A DNA stretch of 64,000 nt from an uncultured Pseudomonadota bacterium (GTDB lineage: Bacteria > Myxococcota_A > Polyangia > Fen-1088): positions 672,001 through 736,000 of the forward strand of contig CAWKBC010000027.1 in assembly GCA_963847705.1 (NCBI GenBank). Direction: 5' to 3'. This document shows, piece after piece, positions 20,949 to 30,678 of this stretch. The notes under the pieces are model-generated. The model saw nothing but the letters and a program-made list of their open reading frames with translations. It was not told the DNA's origin and made no database searches. Both the position numbers and the translations under genes were made by a program. Every line of letters starts with the position of its first letter. Positions within the stretch are counted from its first letter, which is position 1.

Positions 20949-21681
20949 GGCCCATCAGCCGCGCACCGAGCAGCATCGTGACCAGGCAGGCCCACTGCGC
21001 CGGCGTCAACCCGGCGTAACGCTGGTCGGGCAGGGCGACGTCGGTCGCGCGCAGGAAGTCGAGGCCGAACCGCACCGGCGCGTACATCAGGGCGGCCAGG
21101 CCGATGATGTGGCCGGGGGGGCGCGGCTTCCTGGCGTAGCGGAACAGCACCAGGGTCATGACGATGGTGAACAGCAGCTCGTCGAGGCCGAGGTCGTGGC
21201 GCGGGCCGTCGGGATAGTTCACCGAGAGGAAGAAGGAGGTGTGGCGCCCGGGGTGGTCGTGCGCGGTGAAGCAGCCGGTACGGCCGAAGATCCAGCCGAC
21301 CGAGAGGCCGAGCGCGACCGAGTCGGCGTAGGGGAGGCGGGGGATCTTCTCTTTCTTGGTGTAGTAGAAGAACGCCAGGAAGGCGCCCAGGAAGCCGCCG
21401 AACGACGACAGGCCCGACCAGACGTTGAGCAAGACCAGCGGGTTCTCTTTGATTCGCTCGGGGAAATAGAAGATGACCGAGACCAGGTGGGCCATGATGA
21501 AGCCCCCGATCACGATCCGCGCGTTCAGGAAGCGGACGTCCTGCTCCTCGAGCCCGCGCTTCTTCCCCTCGGCCACGACGATCCGGTCGCCCACGATCAC
21601 CCCGCAGGCGACCAGCACGCCGAACAGGTGGATCGGGATCGACCCGATGTTGAACAGGTGCCCGCTGAAGTAGGGAATCAT
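20920..21681 (-). CDS. lgt: prolipoprotein diacylglyceryl transferase
   Basis: MIPY...IHLFGVLV, GLSSFGGFLG, IFGRTGCF, RFGLDFLR; ATGA overlap with the lipA stop. Confidence 0.88.
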   Translation of the reverse strand: MIPYFSGHLFNIGSIPIHLFGVLVACGVIVGDRIVVAEGKKRGLEEQDVRFLNARIVIGGFIMAHLVSVIFYFPERIKENPLVLLNVWSGLSSFGGFLGAFLAFFYYTKKEKIPRLPYADSVALGLSVGWIFGRTGCFTAHDHPGRHTSFFLSVNYPDGPRHDLGLDELLFTIVMTLVLFRYARKPRPPGHIIGLAALMYAPVRFGLDFLRATDVALPDQRYAGLTPAQWACLVTMLLGARLMGLIPSRPRHA

Positions 21682-22676
21682 CCTTGCGCCGCGCGCAGAG
21701 CCAGGACGATGTCGCGCTGGCCGTCGGCGTGGTAGCTGGAGCGGACCATCGGACCCGACTCGACGTGCGGGAAGCCCAGCGCCAGCGCCTCGGCCTTGAG
21801 CAGGTCGAACTCGGCGGGCGGCACGAAGCGCGCGACGGCCAGGTGCCTGGGGGACGGGCGCAGGTACTGCCCCAGCGTCAGGATGTCGACGCCGATCTCG
21901 CGCAGCTCGCGGAGCACGGCGCGGACCTCGTCGAGCTCCTCGCCGAGGCCGAGCATGAGCCCCGTCTTGGTGATCGCCCCGCGCGCCTTGGCGTGACGGA
22001 GGATGGCGTACGAGCGGGCGTAGCTGGCCTGAACGCGCACCTGCCGCGACAGGCGCGGCACCGTCTCCAGGTTGTGCGCGAAGACGTCGGGGCCGGCGTC
22101 GAGCACCGTGTCGACGTCGCCGGTCTCCCCCTTGAAGTCGCCGGTCAAGACCTCCAGCACCAGCTCGGGGCTGCGCCGCTTCACCGCGCGGATGGTCGCA
22201 GCCCAGTGCGCCGCGCCGCCGTCGGGCAGATCGTCGCGGTCGACGCAGGTGATCACCGTGTGCCGCAGGCCCAGCTCGCCCAGCATGGTGGCCACGTGCT
22301 CGGGCTCCTCCGGATCGGGCGGGAGCGGGCGACCGGTGGGGACGTCGCAGAACTGACAGGAGCGGGTGCAGATCGCGCCCAGGATCATGATGGTGAGCGA
22401 CTGGCGGTTCCAGCACTCGCCGATGTTCGGGCACGACGCGCTCTCGCAGACGGTGTGCAGCCCCAGCTCGGCGACGCGCTGCTTGAGATCGAAGAAGACC
22501 TCCCCCTGCGGCATCTTCATCCGGATCCAGTCGGGCTTCCGCTCGGATCGGGGGCGCGCGGCCGCGGCGCCGTCGGCTTGCGAGGCCTGGCCGGAGGTCT
22601 CTCGCGATTTGCCCTCCAGCTCGGCCTGAAGGACGCGCAGCTTGCGCGAGCGGGTCTCGACGATCCTCTCCGGCAT
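21678..22676 (-). CDS. lipA: lipoyl synthase
   Basis: CESASCPNIGEC, CTRSCQFC radical-SAM motif, RSSYHA. Confidence 0.97.
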   Translation of the reverse strand: MPERIVETRSRKLRVLQAELEGKSRETSGQASQADGAAAARPRSERKPDWIRMKMPQGEVFFDLKQRVAELGLHTVCESASCPNIGECWNRQSLTIMILGAICTRSCQFCDVPTGRPLPPDPEEPEHVATMLGELGLRHTVITCVDRDDLPDGGAAHWAATIRAVKRRSPELVLEVLTGDFKGETGDVDTVLDAGPDVFAHNLETVPRLSRQVRVQASYARSYAILRHAKARGAITKTGLMLGLGEELDEVRAVLRELREIGVDILTLGQYLRPSPRHLAVARFVPPAEFDLLKAEALALGFPHVESGPMVRSSYHADGQRDIVLALRAAQG

Positions 22677-22741
22677 TTCGCCCTGAATCTACCCGATCAT
22701 CGCGGGGCTGTCCGCGACGGGCGCTGGTATTCTCGGACGGC

Positions 22742-24577
22742 ATGAGGCGTGCGCGGATCGGCTGGAGCGGGTTCGCGGGCGACCTGCCTCCGTGGGCCCT
22801 CCTGGGCCTCCTGGCCCTGGTCGCAAGTGCCGTCGGATGCGGGGCGGCGCCGGCGGCCGGCGGCCGGGGGCTCGACGCCGGAGCCGGCGGCGATGGGCCC
22901 ACGGTCGATGGGGCTGGGCGCCTCGACGGCGGCGCTCTGGAGGTCGGCATCGGGGCCTGGACCGCGAAGCCGGATGCCGCGGCCCCGGTCCCGCTCGACG
23001 ACGTGACGGTCTACGCCTTCAGCCAGACCGGAAACAACCAGAGCGATCCTCAGATCGCCACGCTGGCCCCGGACATGAACATCCGCGCCTGGCAGCGCTG
23101 GCACAGCTACGGCGTCAATCCTGGCGACTACGACTTCGGCTACGTGACCAGCTCGCACGCGGCGGGCGTGAAGTTCATCGGCGGCACCACCGCGACTGCG
23201 CTCTTCGCCGACGAGTTCCCCAACCCGCAGTTTCCCAACACGCCGTACACCGCCGTCGCCACCTGCGACGGGACCGGCGCCGTCGTGGCGCACCCGCTCA
23301 TCATGCCGAGCTTCTACCGCGGCTCGCTGGCCAATCCGGTCTACCGCGACTACCTCATTCGCATCGCCGAGATTCAGATCGACGGCGGCGTCGACGGCCT
23401 CTTCTTCGACGAGCTCAACCAGGGCTACGAAGGGGCGAGCTACGACGGCGACGAGGGGTTCGACGGGTACCACCTGGCGGACTTCAACGCCTACCTGCTG
23501 TGGCGCTTTCCGGGGGTCGACTACGGAGCGATGTTCGGGATGACGCCCGACAACCTGCTGAAGGCCGACGTCCCGACCGGCGATCTGACCCGCAACTTCG
23601 ACTATCAGAAGTACCTGGTGAGCCACGGCTGGGGGCAGAGCCCGTTCGCGGCCGCCAATCCGCTGGCGGCGATCTGGGGCCAGACGGTGCAGAACCGCCC
23701 CGCGCCCGGGGCGAACGACTTCGTCGACAGCGCGGAGCCGTACCGCTACTGGCGAGCGATCGCCGGCGCGCTGCGGGCCTACGCGCAGCAGAAGTACGGC
23801 CGATCGATCTACCTCACGTCGAATGGGGTCTGGCCGCTGGTCGACTTCCAGTCGGTCGGCCTCTACGAGTTCAATCAGGACGCCGACGGCGGCGCCGAGG
23901 CGGAGTACGTGCCGGTGACGTCCGGCTCCACGACGAGCGCGGCGCACCTCGACGGGACGCGCAGCCTGCAGCGGCCGTTCCTCAACCTGAAGGCCCGCTC
24001 GGCCGCGCTGGCGCCGGGCGCGCCGGTGGTCCTGTTCATCGACTGGCCCACCAACTTCATGTCGTACTACCTCCACCTGCCGACGAGCGAGCAGCAGGAC
24101 TACTGGCGCATCTACGCCGCCGAGGCCTACGCCAACGGGCTCTCCTACGCCTTCTTCCTGCTCGACACCGTCGGCGATCCGAGCGCGACGCAACTGGGCC
24201 TGATGCCGCTCTTCCAGAGCCTGACCGCGTTCTATCGGGCGCACGCCGCGCTCTATCACGGCGTGACGGCGTCGCCGGCCGCGGTGGCCTCGGCGGTGAC
24301 GACGGCGCTCACCACCCCGGTCATGATCGCCGTCAGCGATCAGGCGCAGCCCCGGCGCCGGCTGGTCCACCTGGTCAACCACGATTACAGCGGCGCGCTG
24401 GTCGAGCACGACGGCGTCACCGTCACCGTTCCGCTCGAGAGCGCGCCGACGTCGGTGACCCTGGCGTCACCCGACGCCGCGACCGACACGACGCTCACCG
24501 CGACCTACGCCAACGGTGCCGTGACTGTGACCCTGCCGTCGCTCGTCGCCTATGACGTCGTGGCGATCGCCTACTGA
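22742..24577 (+). CDS. putative glycoside-hydrolase-like lipoprotein
   Basis: Lipobox AVGC; ANPVYRDYL...GVDGLFFDE as in TIM-barrel glycosidases; aromatic-rich; C-terminal beta-sandwich starting LVHLVNHDY. Confidence 0.6.
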   Translation: MRRARIGWSGFAGDLPPWALLGLLALVASAVGCGAAPAAGGRGLDAGAGGDGPTVDGAGRLDGGALEVGIGAWTAKPDAAAPVPLDDVTVYAFSQTGNNQSDPQIATLAPDMNIRAWQRWHSYGVNPGDYDFGYVTSSHAAGVKFIGGTTATALFADEFPNPQFPNTPYTAVATCDGTGAVVAHPLIMPSFYRGSLANPVYRDYLIRIAEIQIDGGVDGLFFDELNQGYEGASYDGDEGFDGYHLADFNAYLLWRFPGVDYGAMFGMTPDNLLKADVPTGDLTRNFDYQKYLVSHGWGQSPFAAANPLAAIWGQTVQNRPAPGANDFVDSAEPYRYWRAIAGALRAYAQQKYGRSIYLTSNGVWPLVDFQSVGLYEFNQDADGGAEAEYVPVTSGSTTSAAHLDGTRSLQRPFLNLKARSAALAPGAPVVLFIDWPTNFMSYYLHLPTSEQQDYWRIYAAEAYANGLSYAFFLLDTVGDPSATQLGLMPLFQSLTAFYRAHAALYHGVTASPAAVASAVTTALTTPVMIAVSDQAQPRRRLVHLVNHDYSGALVEHDGVTVTVPLESAPTSVTLASPDAATDTTLTATYANGAVTVTLPSLVAYDVVAIAY

Positions 24578-24630
24578 GGAAGACGTCAAGTTCGGCGGCG
24601 CGGTGTCCGATGTTATTCTGTTGGGAACGA

Positions 24631-25323
24631 ATGCGTAGAGGGTCGCGCTGTCTCGCCGTGACGCTGGTGGCGCTCGCGGTGGCCGGCCGGCCGGCGCTCG
24701 CGGCCGAGCCGAGCCCGGCGCGCAGGGCGTATGACGAGGCGACCGCCGCCTTCGGGCTCGGTCACTATCAAGAGGCCGCGGAGAAGTACGAGACGGCGTT
24801 CAGCCTGCGCCCCGATCCGGCCCTGCTGTACGATGCGGCGCAGGCCTATCGCCTGGCCGGCAATCGCCCGCGCGCGCTGGAGCTCTATCGAAACTACCTG
24901 CGCCTCTATCCCGACCGGCAGAACGCCGGTGAAGCGCGCAACCACGTCGCGGCCCTCACGAAGGCGATCGAAGACGACAAGGCCCTCGAGCCCCCGCCGC
25001 CGATGGCGGTGGCTCCCGCGCCAATCGAGCCGATCGTGACGCCGTCGCCCGTTTCTCCCTCCGTTCCTTCGCCCGTTCCTTCGTCTGTCTCTCCGCCCGT
25101 CTCTCCGCCCGCGCTGACGCCGTCGCCCTCGGTCACGCCGGCCGCGATGGTCACCGAGACGCCGCCTGCCGCGGCGTCGCCATCCTCGGGTGGCGGCTCG
25201 CGGACCTGGCTCTGGATCGCGGTCGGGGCCGCGGTCGTGGTGGGCGGCGCCGTGGCGCTCTTGCTCGCGACCCGCAGCGACAAGTTCCCCGACGCCTCCT
25301 TCGGGACCGTGGCGGGCAATTGA
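24631..25323 (+). CDS. exported TPR protein with Pro/Ser-rich linker and C-terminal TM
   Basis: Signal ending ALA; FGLGHYQEAAEKYETAF, LYDAAQAYRL; WLWIAVGAAVVVGG. Confidence 0.85.
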   Translation: MRRGSRCLAVTLVALAVAGRPALAAEPSPARRAYDEATAAFGLGHYQEAAEKYETAFSLRPDPALLYDAAQAYRLAGNRPRALELYRNYLRLYPDRQNAGEARNHVAALTKAIEDDKALEPPPPMAVAPAPIEPIVTPSPVSPSVPSPVPSSVSPPVSPPALTPSPSVTPAAMVTETPPAAASPSSGGGSRTWLWIAVGAAVVVGGAVALLLATRSDKFPDASFGTVAGN

Positions 25324-25325
25324 GC

Positions 25326-26894
25326 ATGCGCGGCGGTTCAGCCAGATTCGCGACGGTCTTTGGCCTGGCGGTGACCGCGCTGGCCGTTGGCGCCTGCAGC
25401 AACAGCGAGAGCTGCCGGCCGGGCACGCTGTTCATGACCGTGGGGCTTGGACCCTACACCACCGCCGACCGGCTCGACATCGAGGTGACGCTGGCGGCGA
25501 GCGGAGACGCCGCTGCCTCCGCGCCCAAGCCGGCGCAGCTGGCGCTGAAGCCGGGCGTTCGCTCCGGGGGGGTGGAGGTGCAGTTCCCGGACGGCTATGA
25601 GGCCGGTCGAACGGCGACGCTCACGCTGACATTGCTCTCGGGCGGGTCGCCGCTCGCCACGCTGGTGAAGACGCCGGTGCTGTCCCCCGGCTGCAGCACT
25701 CTGACGGTCGACTTCGGAGCGAGCGACGCCGGCAATGACGGGGGCGCGGGCGCCGCGGGCGGTGAGCAAGGGGGCGGCGGCGCGGCTGCGGGGCAGGGTG
25801 GCACTGCGACCGGCGGTGGCGGTGGTGCGGCCAGGGGGGGAAGCGGTGGTGGAGCGACCGGCGGAAGCGGCGGAGCGGCAGGGAGCCGCGGCACGGGTGG
25901 AAGCGGCGGCGCGGCAGGCACCCGCGGCACGGGCGGGGCGGCCGGCGCGGGCGGCGCGGCCTGCAAGAAGACCAGCAGCACGGAGAACTGTTTCGACGGC
26001 ATCGACAACGACTGCAACGGCCTCGTCGACTGCGCTGACCCGGCCTGCGGGTCGGCGGTCGCTCAGTGTGTCGCGCTCGATGCGACGGCGGCTCCAATCG
26101 GATTGCTGACCGGGGTCGGGGCCGGTGCCTGCGGGACCGCGGGCTATGACCAGCCGACCGCCATCTTCGCCAACCCCAACCAGCTCAGCTGCACGACCGT
26201 GATTGCCGGCAAGGGGTGCAGCTGCGCGGCGGGTCCGGTGAGCTGCTCGACGACCCTCTCCGGGTTCAAGACCTTGGCCGAGTGCACCGACGACACGTCG
26301 AGCGGAGAGTCGGCCGGCTCCTTCGTCACCGGGCAGGACAAGAACTGCACCGCCGCCGGCGTCCCACCCTGGACGTTGGACGCCAACGGCGACATTTTTG
26401 GGATCGGGGCCACGACGTTCGTCGCCACGCCGGCCGACTGCACGCCCTCCGGTACGCCCAACACCCCGACGTACACGTTCGGTACCAACGCGACGTTCTG
26501 CGGGACGCAGAAGGTGGGCGCCGGTTGCGGCGCCGGCCAGGTCTGCGTCCCCGCCGCCGGGGCGGGGGGGCTCTGCCAGCTGTTCGACGGCAAGAAGACG
26601 ACCTGCCCTGGGGGCGCCCCGGCCCAGCCCTACTACACGGGTGTCTCAGGGACCGTCACCTGCGGCGCCTGCACCTGCGGAGCACCGGTCGGCGCCAGCT
26701 GCGACGCCGTGACGCTGCAGACCTGCTCGGGAGGCGTCGACGTACAGAGCAACGGCCGCACCTGCGTCGGCACCGGCGTCTCCAGGCCGGCCATCGAGTT
26801 CTCGGGGACGCCGACGCCCGGGGCCTGCTCGCCCATGAGCGCCGTCGGCGGCACGGCAGCCCCGACCGGCCCCAAGACGCTCTGCTGTCCCTAG
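25326..26894 (+). CDS. cysteine-rich lipoprotein with Gly-rich linker
   Basis: Lipobox VGAC; GGSGGAAG repeats; ENCFDGIDNDCNGLVDCADPAC myxobacterial Cys/Asp motif. Confidence 0.82.
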   Translation: MRGGSARFATVFGLAVTALAVGACSNSESCRPGTLFMTVGLGPYTTADRLDIEVTLAASGDAAASAPKPAQLALKPGVRSGGVEVQFPDGYEAGRTATLTLTLLSGGSPLATLVKTPVLSPGCSTLTVDFGASDAGNDGGAGAAGGEQGGGGAAAGQGGTATGGGGGAARGGSGGGATGGSGGAAGSRGTGGSGGAAGTRGTGGAAGAGGAACKKTSSTENCFDGIDNDCNGLVDCADPACGSAVAQCVALDATAAPIGLLTGVGAGACGTAGYDQPTAIFANPNQLSCTTVIAGKGCSCAAGPVSCSTTLSGFKTLAECTDDTSSGESAGSFVTGQDKNCTAAGVPPWTLDANGDIFGIGATTFVATPADCTPSGTPNTPTYTFGTNATFCGTQKVGAGCGAGQVCVPAAGAGGLCQLFDGKKTTCPGGAPAQPYYTGVSGTVTCGACTCGAPVGASCDAVTLQTCSGGVDVQSNGRTCVGTGVSRPAIEFSGTPTPGACSPMSAVGGTAAPTGPKTLCCP

Positions 26895-26898
26895 GCGC

Positions 26899-27933
26899 TC
26901 AAGACGCCAGCGAGCCCGGCTTCTCGAGGATGCCGACGATCGCCTGCAAGACCTTGGCGCCGAGGGCGCCGTCGATGACCCGGTGGTCGCACGACAGCGT
27001 GAGCGCCATGCGCTGGCCGATCCCGATCTTGCCCTCCTTCACCACCGGCTCCCGGCGGACGTTGCCGACGGCCAGGATGGCTCCCTCGGGCGGGTTGATG
27101 ATCGCCGCGAATTCACGGATCCCGAACATGCCCAGGTTCGAGACGGAGAAGGTCGCGCCGGTGTACTCATCGGGGCGCAGCTTGCGCTCGCGGGCGCGGC
27201 CGGCCATCTCGTGCGCCTCGCTGGCGACCTGAGCGAGGGTCTTCTTGTCGGCGTCGCGGATGACCGGCGTGATGAGGCCGTCCTCGATGGCGACCGCCAT
27301 GCCGATGTCGACGCGGGCGTGCTGGATGATCGCCTCTTCGCTGAACGAAGCGTTGGCCTGGGGGATGCGCCGCATGGCGAGCGCGCAGGCCTTGAGAACC
27401 AGATCGTTGACCGAGACCCGCGCGCCGTGTACCCGGGCCATCTGCTCGCGAAACTCCATCGCCGCGTCCATGTCGACCTCCGCGGTGAGATAGAAGTGCG
27501 GAACGGTCGTCTTCGCCTCGAGCAGGCGCGCGGCGATCGTCCGCCGCATCAGCGAGAGCGGCTTGACCAGGTCGTCCGCCGGCGACGCTGTGGCCGGTCG
27601 GGCCTCGCTGCCGCGCGCGGGGGCCAGCGGCGCGGGGCGGGGGGCGGCACCGGCGCGCGCCTGGGCTTCTTCGACCAGCCCGCTGATGTCTTCGCCGGCC
27701 TTGCCGATGATGGCGATCGGCGTCCCGACCGGAACGCCGGCTCCCTCGCCGAGCAGGCGCTTCAGGAGCAGGCCCTGATGGACCGCCTCGACCTCCATCA
27801 CCGCCTTGTCGAGCTCCACCTCGGCGAGGATCTCGCCGGGCGCCACGGTGTCACCCTCGTTCTTGCGCCACCGTTGCAGCACGCCGACCTGCACGGTGTC
27901 GGAGAGCTGCGGCATGTCGAGGATCTGGGCCAT
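26899..27933 (-). CDS. dihydrolipoamide acyltransferase (E2) family protein lacking the subunit-binding domain
   Basis: Lipoyl domain MPQLSD...ELDKA; catalytic domain PHFY, SNLGMFG, DHRVIDG. Confidence 0.9.
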   Translation of the reverse strand: MAQILDMPQLSDTVQVGVLQRWRKNEGDTVAPGEILAEVELDKAVMEVEAVHQGLLLKRLLGEGAGVPVGTPIAIIGKAGEDISGLVEEAQARAGAAPRPAPLAPARGSEARPATASPADDLVKPLSLMRRTIAARLLEAKTTVPHFYLTAEVDMDAAMEFREQMARVHGARVSVNDLVLKACALAMRRIPQANASFSEEAIIQHARVDIGMAVAIEDGLITPVIRDADKKTLAQVASEAHEMAGRARERKLRPDEYTGATFSVSNLGMFGIREFAAIINPPEGAILAVGNVRREPVVKEGKIGIGQRMALTLSCDHRVIDGALGAKVLQAIVGILEKPGSLAS

Positions 27934-28109
27934 GGGTCGCGTCCTACGCCAGCAGCCCGCGGAGTTTGCGCAGTGCGTAGGCCGGAACCAGCGAAAAGAT
28001 AGCAAGCTGCGGCAGAGCGCGCGGGAGATTTCGCCAGCTGTGACGTGGCGCGCAGCCCGATGGGAGCTCCTCAATCTCGAGCGCGTTCTGCCGATAGCTC
28101 TGTGAACAA

Positions 28110-29321
28110 ATGGGCGCGCCTGGTGCATCCGGAGCAGTGGCCAAGCAGGGGCCCGAGGCCGACGTGGCAGCACGCGGTCTGGTCCTTCTGGTCGACGATG
28201 AACAGTCAATCGCTCGCGCCTACGCCCGAACGCTGGGCGCCGCCGGTTTCGCGGTCGAGATCGCTTTCGACGGCAAGGCGGCCGCCGCGGCGGCGCGGGA
28301 GCGAAACTTCGACGTGGTCGTCAGCGACATCGCGATGCCCGAGATGAATGGGCTCGAGCTCTTGCGCGCGGTTCGGGAGCACGACCTCGACGTGCCGTTC
28401 GTGCTGATGACCGGCGGCCCGGCGGTCGAGAGCGCCGTCCGCGCCGTGGAGTACGGCGCGCTTCGTTACCTCATCAAGCCGGTCTCGGCGGCGGAGCTGG
28501 AAGAGGTGGTGGCGCGCGCCGTCCGCTTGCATCAGATGGCGCGCATCAAGCGCGAGGCGCTGGAGATGTTCCGCCTCGACGGCAAGCATCTGGGCGACAG
28601 AGCCGGTCTCGAGGCGCGGTTCGCCTCGGCCCTGAGCACGCTCTGGATCGCCTATCAGCCGATCGTGTCCTGGTCGAAGCGCAACACGTTCGCCCACGAG
28701 GCGCTGGTCCGCAACGAGGAGCCGACGCTGCGCTCGCCCCCCGATCTGTTCGAGGCGGCCGAGCGGCTGGGGCGACTCGAGGAGCTGGGGCGCACGGTGC
28801 GCGATCGCGTGGCGCAGACGCTGGACGTGAACCCCGTCTCCGGTCTGCTCTTCATCAACCTGCACGCGATGGAGCTGGCCGATGACCGGCTGATCGCCTC
28901 CGACGCGCCCCTGTCGCGCCACGCCGAGCGTGTCGTCCTGGAGGTCACCGAACGGGCGCCGCTGGAGCAGATCCGCGACGCCACCAGCCGGGTGGCCCAG
29001 CTGCGCTCGCTGGGTTACCGGATCGCCGTCGACGATCTGGGCGCCGGCTACGCCGGGCTGACCAGCTTCGCCCACCTCGAGCCCGACGTGGTCAAGGTCG
29101 ACATGTCGCTGATCCGGGGGATCGACCTCTCGCCGATGAAGCAGAAGCTCCTGGGATCGATCGTCGGGCTCTGCCGCGATCTCGGCATCGAGATCATCGC
29201 GGAAGGGGTGGAGACGCCGGCCGAGCGCGATGCGCTGGTCCGCGTCGGCGGCGATCTCTGTCAGGGCTACCTCTTCGCCCGCCCGGAAAAGCCCTGGGCC
29301 GCGATCGACTTCAGCAAGTAA
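28110..29321 (+). CDS. response regulator with EAL (c-di-GMP phosphodiesterase) domain
   Basis: REC (LVDD, SDIAMP, KP); EAL (YQPI, EALVR, DDLGAG, KVD, EGVE, QGY). Confidence 0.93.
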   Translation: MGAPGASGAVAKQGPEADVAARGLVLLVDDEQSIARAYARTLGAAGFAVEIAFDGKAAAAAARERNFDVVVSDIAMPEMNGLELLRAVREHDLDVPFVLMTGGPAVESAVRAVEYGALRYLIKPVSAAELEEVVARAVRLHQMARIKREALEMFRLDGKHLGDRAGLEARFASALSTLWIAYQPIVSWSKRNTFAHEALVRNEEPTLRSPPDLFEAAERLGRLEELGRTVRDRVAQTLDVNPVSGLLFINLHAMELADDRLIASDAPLSRHAERVVLEVTERAPLEQIRDATSRVAQLRSLGYRIAVDDLGAGYAGLTSFAHLEPDVVKVDMSLIRGIDLSPMKQKLLGSIVGLCRDLGIEIIAEGVETPAERDALVRVGGDLCQGYLFARPEKPWAAIDFSK

Positions 29322-29333
29322 GAGGGGAGGCCT

Positions 29334-29355
29334 GGGAGGGTTCCCCAACCCTCCC
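29334..29355. terminator. 9-bp stem hairpin downstream of the REC-EAL gene
   Basis: gggagggtt-cccc-aaccctccc; no U-tract, so it could instead be a REP-like element. Confidence 0.45.
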
Positions 29356-29432
29356 GCGACGGGCTGCGGGCGGCGAGGCCGCACTTCGTCCAGGCGATCG
29401 TCCGGCGATCACCGTCGGGTATACTGCCTCCG

Positions 29433-29795
29433 GTGAACGTAGAGCTGACCAAGGAGTACCGTTTCGAGGCGGCGCATCACCTGCCGCGTGTCCCCGCCGG
29501 GCACAAGTGCGCGCGCGTCCACGGCCACAGCTACAAGGTCGACGTCGCCATCGAGGGGCCGGTGAATCCGGAGACCGGCTGGCTGATCGACTTCGGCGTG
29601 ATCGACGACGCCTGGGCGGTCCTCTTCGCCCGCTTCGATCACCACAACCTGAACGAGGTGCCGGGGCTGGAGAACTCGACCTGCGAGAACATCGCCATCT
29701 ATGTGTGGCGTGAGCTTCGGGCGCAGATCAAAGAAATCTCGGCGGTGACGGTCTGGGAGACCTACGACAGCAAGTGCACCTACCGGGGTGGCTGA
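29433..29795 (+). CDS. queD: 6-carboxy-5,6,7,8-tetrahydropterin synthase
   Basis: FEAAHHLP, CARVHGHSY, DHHNLN, STCENIA, WET. Confidence 0.95.
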   Translation: MNVELTKEYRFEAAHHLPRVPAGHKCARVHGHSYKVDVAIEGPVNPETGWLIDFGVIDDAWAVLFARFDHHNLNEVPGLENSTCENIAIYVWRELRAQIKEISAVTVWETYDSKCTYRGG

Positions 29796-29844
29796 GCGCG
29801 GTGTGCGAAGTGTCCCCAGTCTGCGAAGGGTGTGAAGGGCGCCA

Positions 29845-30675
29845 ATGACGGGCGGCGTGGCGCGGTTCCTGACGCTGAACCTCTGGGGCGAAAACGGCCC
29901 CTGGGAGGCGCGGCTCGCGCTCGTCGCCAGGCGACTCGAGGCGCTCGCGCCCGACGTGATCGGGCTGCAGGAGGTGCGTGAGGTGCCCGGGCGGGTGCCG
30001 AATCAGGCCGCGCTGCTGGCGGGGGCGCGCGGCTGGCATCACGCCTTCGCGCCGACCTCCGACTGGGGGGGCGGCCACGAGGGGCTGGCGATCGTCTCGC
30101 GCTTCCCCATCGGCGCCCAGGAGTTCCGCCCGCTGCCGCACAGCACGGAGGCAGAGGGGCGGGGGATCCTGTCGGCGCGGCTCGACGGTGAGGCGGGGGG
30201 GCTCTGGGTCCACACCACGCATCTTTCGTATCGCGAGCACGAAGGCCTCTGGCGTGAAGCGCAGGTGCAGTTCGTCGACGAGGTGCTGACCAGGCACGAC
30301 AACGGCAATCCGCGCGTCGTCATGGGCGACTTCAACACCGTCCCCGAGAGCGACGAGCTGCGCTGGCTCATCGGACAGCACACGCTCGGCGGCCGCCGCG
30401 TCGCCTATCAGGATGCCTGGGCCGCCGTCCGTCAGGATCACCCCGGGTACACCTGGGCGCGCGCCAACGACTACACCGAGAAGATGCACTGGCTGCGTCG
30501 TGACCGCCGGCTCGACTACATCTTCGTGACGCCGGTGCGGCGCGATCGCCGGGCCACCGTCCGCGCCGCCGCGCTGGCCTTCGACGAGCCCGAGGTGCGG
30601 CCCGACGGCGAGCGGATCTTTGCCTCCGATCACTTCGGTGTCACCGCTGACGTGCAGCTTCTGGCAGAGTCGTAG
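29845..30675 (+). CDS. endonuclease/exonuclease/phosphatase family protein
   Basis: TLNLW, LQEV, TTHL, GDFN, RLDYIF, SDHFGV. Confidence 0.92.
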   Translation: MTGGVARFLTLNLWGENGPWEARLALVARRLEALAPDVIGLQEVREVPGRVPNQAALLAGARGWHHAFAPTSDWGGGHEGLAIVSRFPIGAQEFRPLPHSTEAEGRGILSARLDGEAGGLWVHTTHLSYREHEGLWREAQVQFVDEVLTRHDNGNPRVVMGDFNTVPESDELRWLIGQHTLGGRRVAYQDAWAAVRQDHPGYTWARANDYTEKMHWLRRDRRLDYIFVTPVRRDRRATVRAAALAFDEPEVRPDGERIFASDHFGVTADVQLLAES

Positions 30676-30678
30676 CGC

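Noticed and set aside
20920-22950. 676-aa ORF suggesting a long Lgt fusion
   Set aside because: The N-terminal 423 codons overlap lipA in another frame; the real start is MIPY at 21681.
25040-25960. Pro/Ser and Gly/Ala coding repeats in the TPR and lipoprotein linkers (a similar 9-bp repeat lies near 33255-33300)
   Set aside because: Ordinary low-complexity linkers.
29322-29432. Possible preQ1 riboswitch upstream of queD
   Set aside because: No A-rich 3' tail or recognisable aptamer loop; only a simple hairpin.
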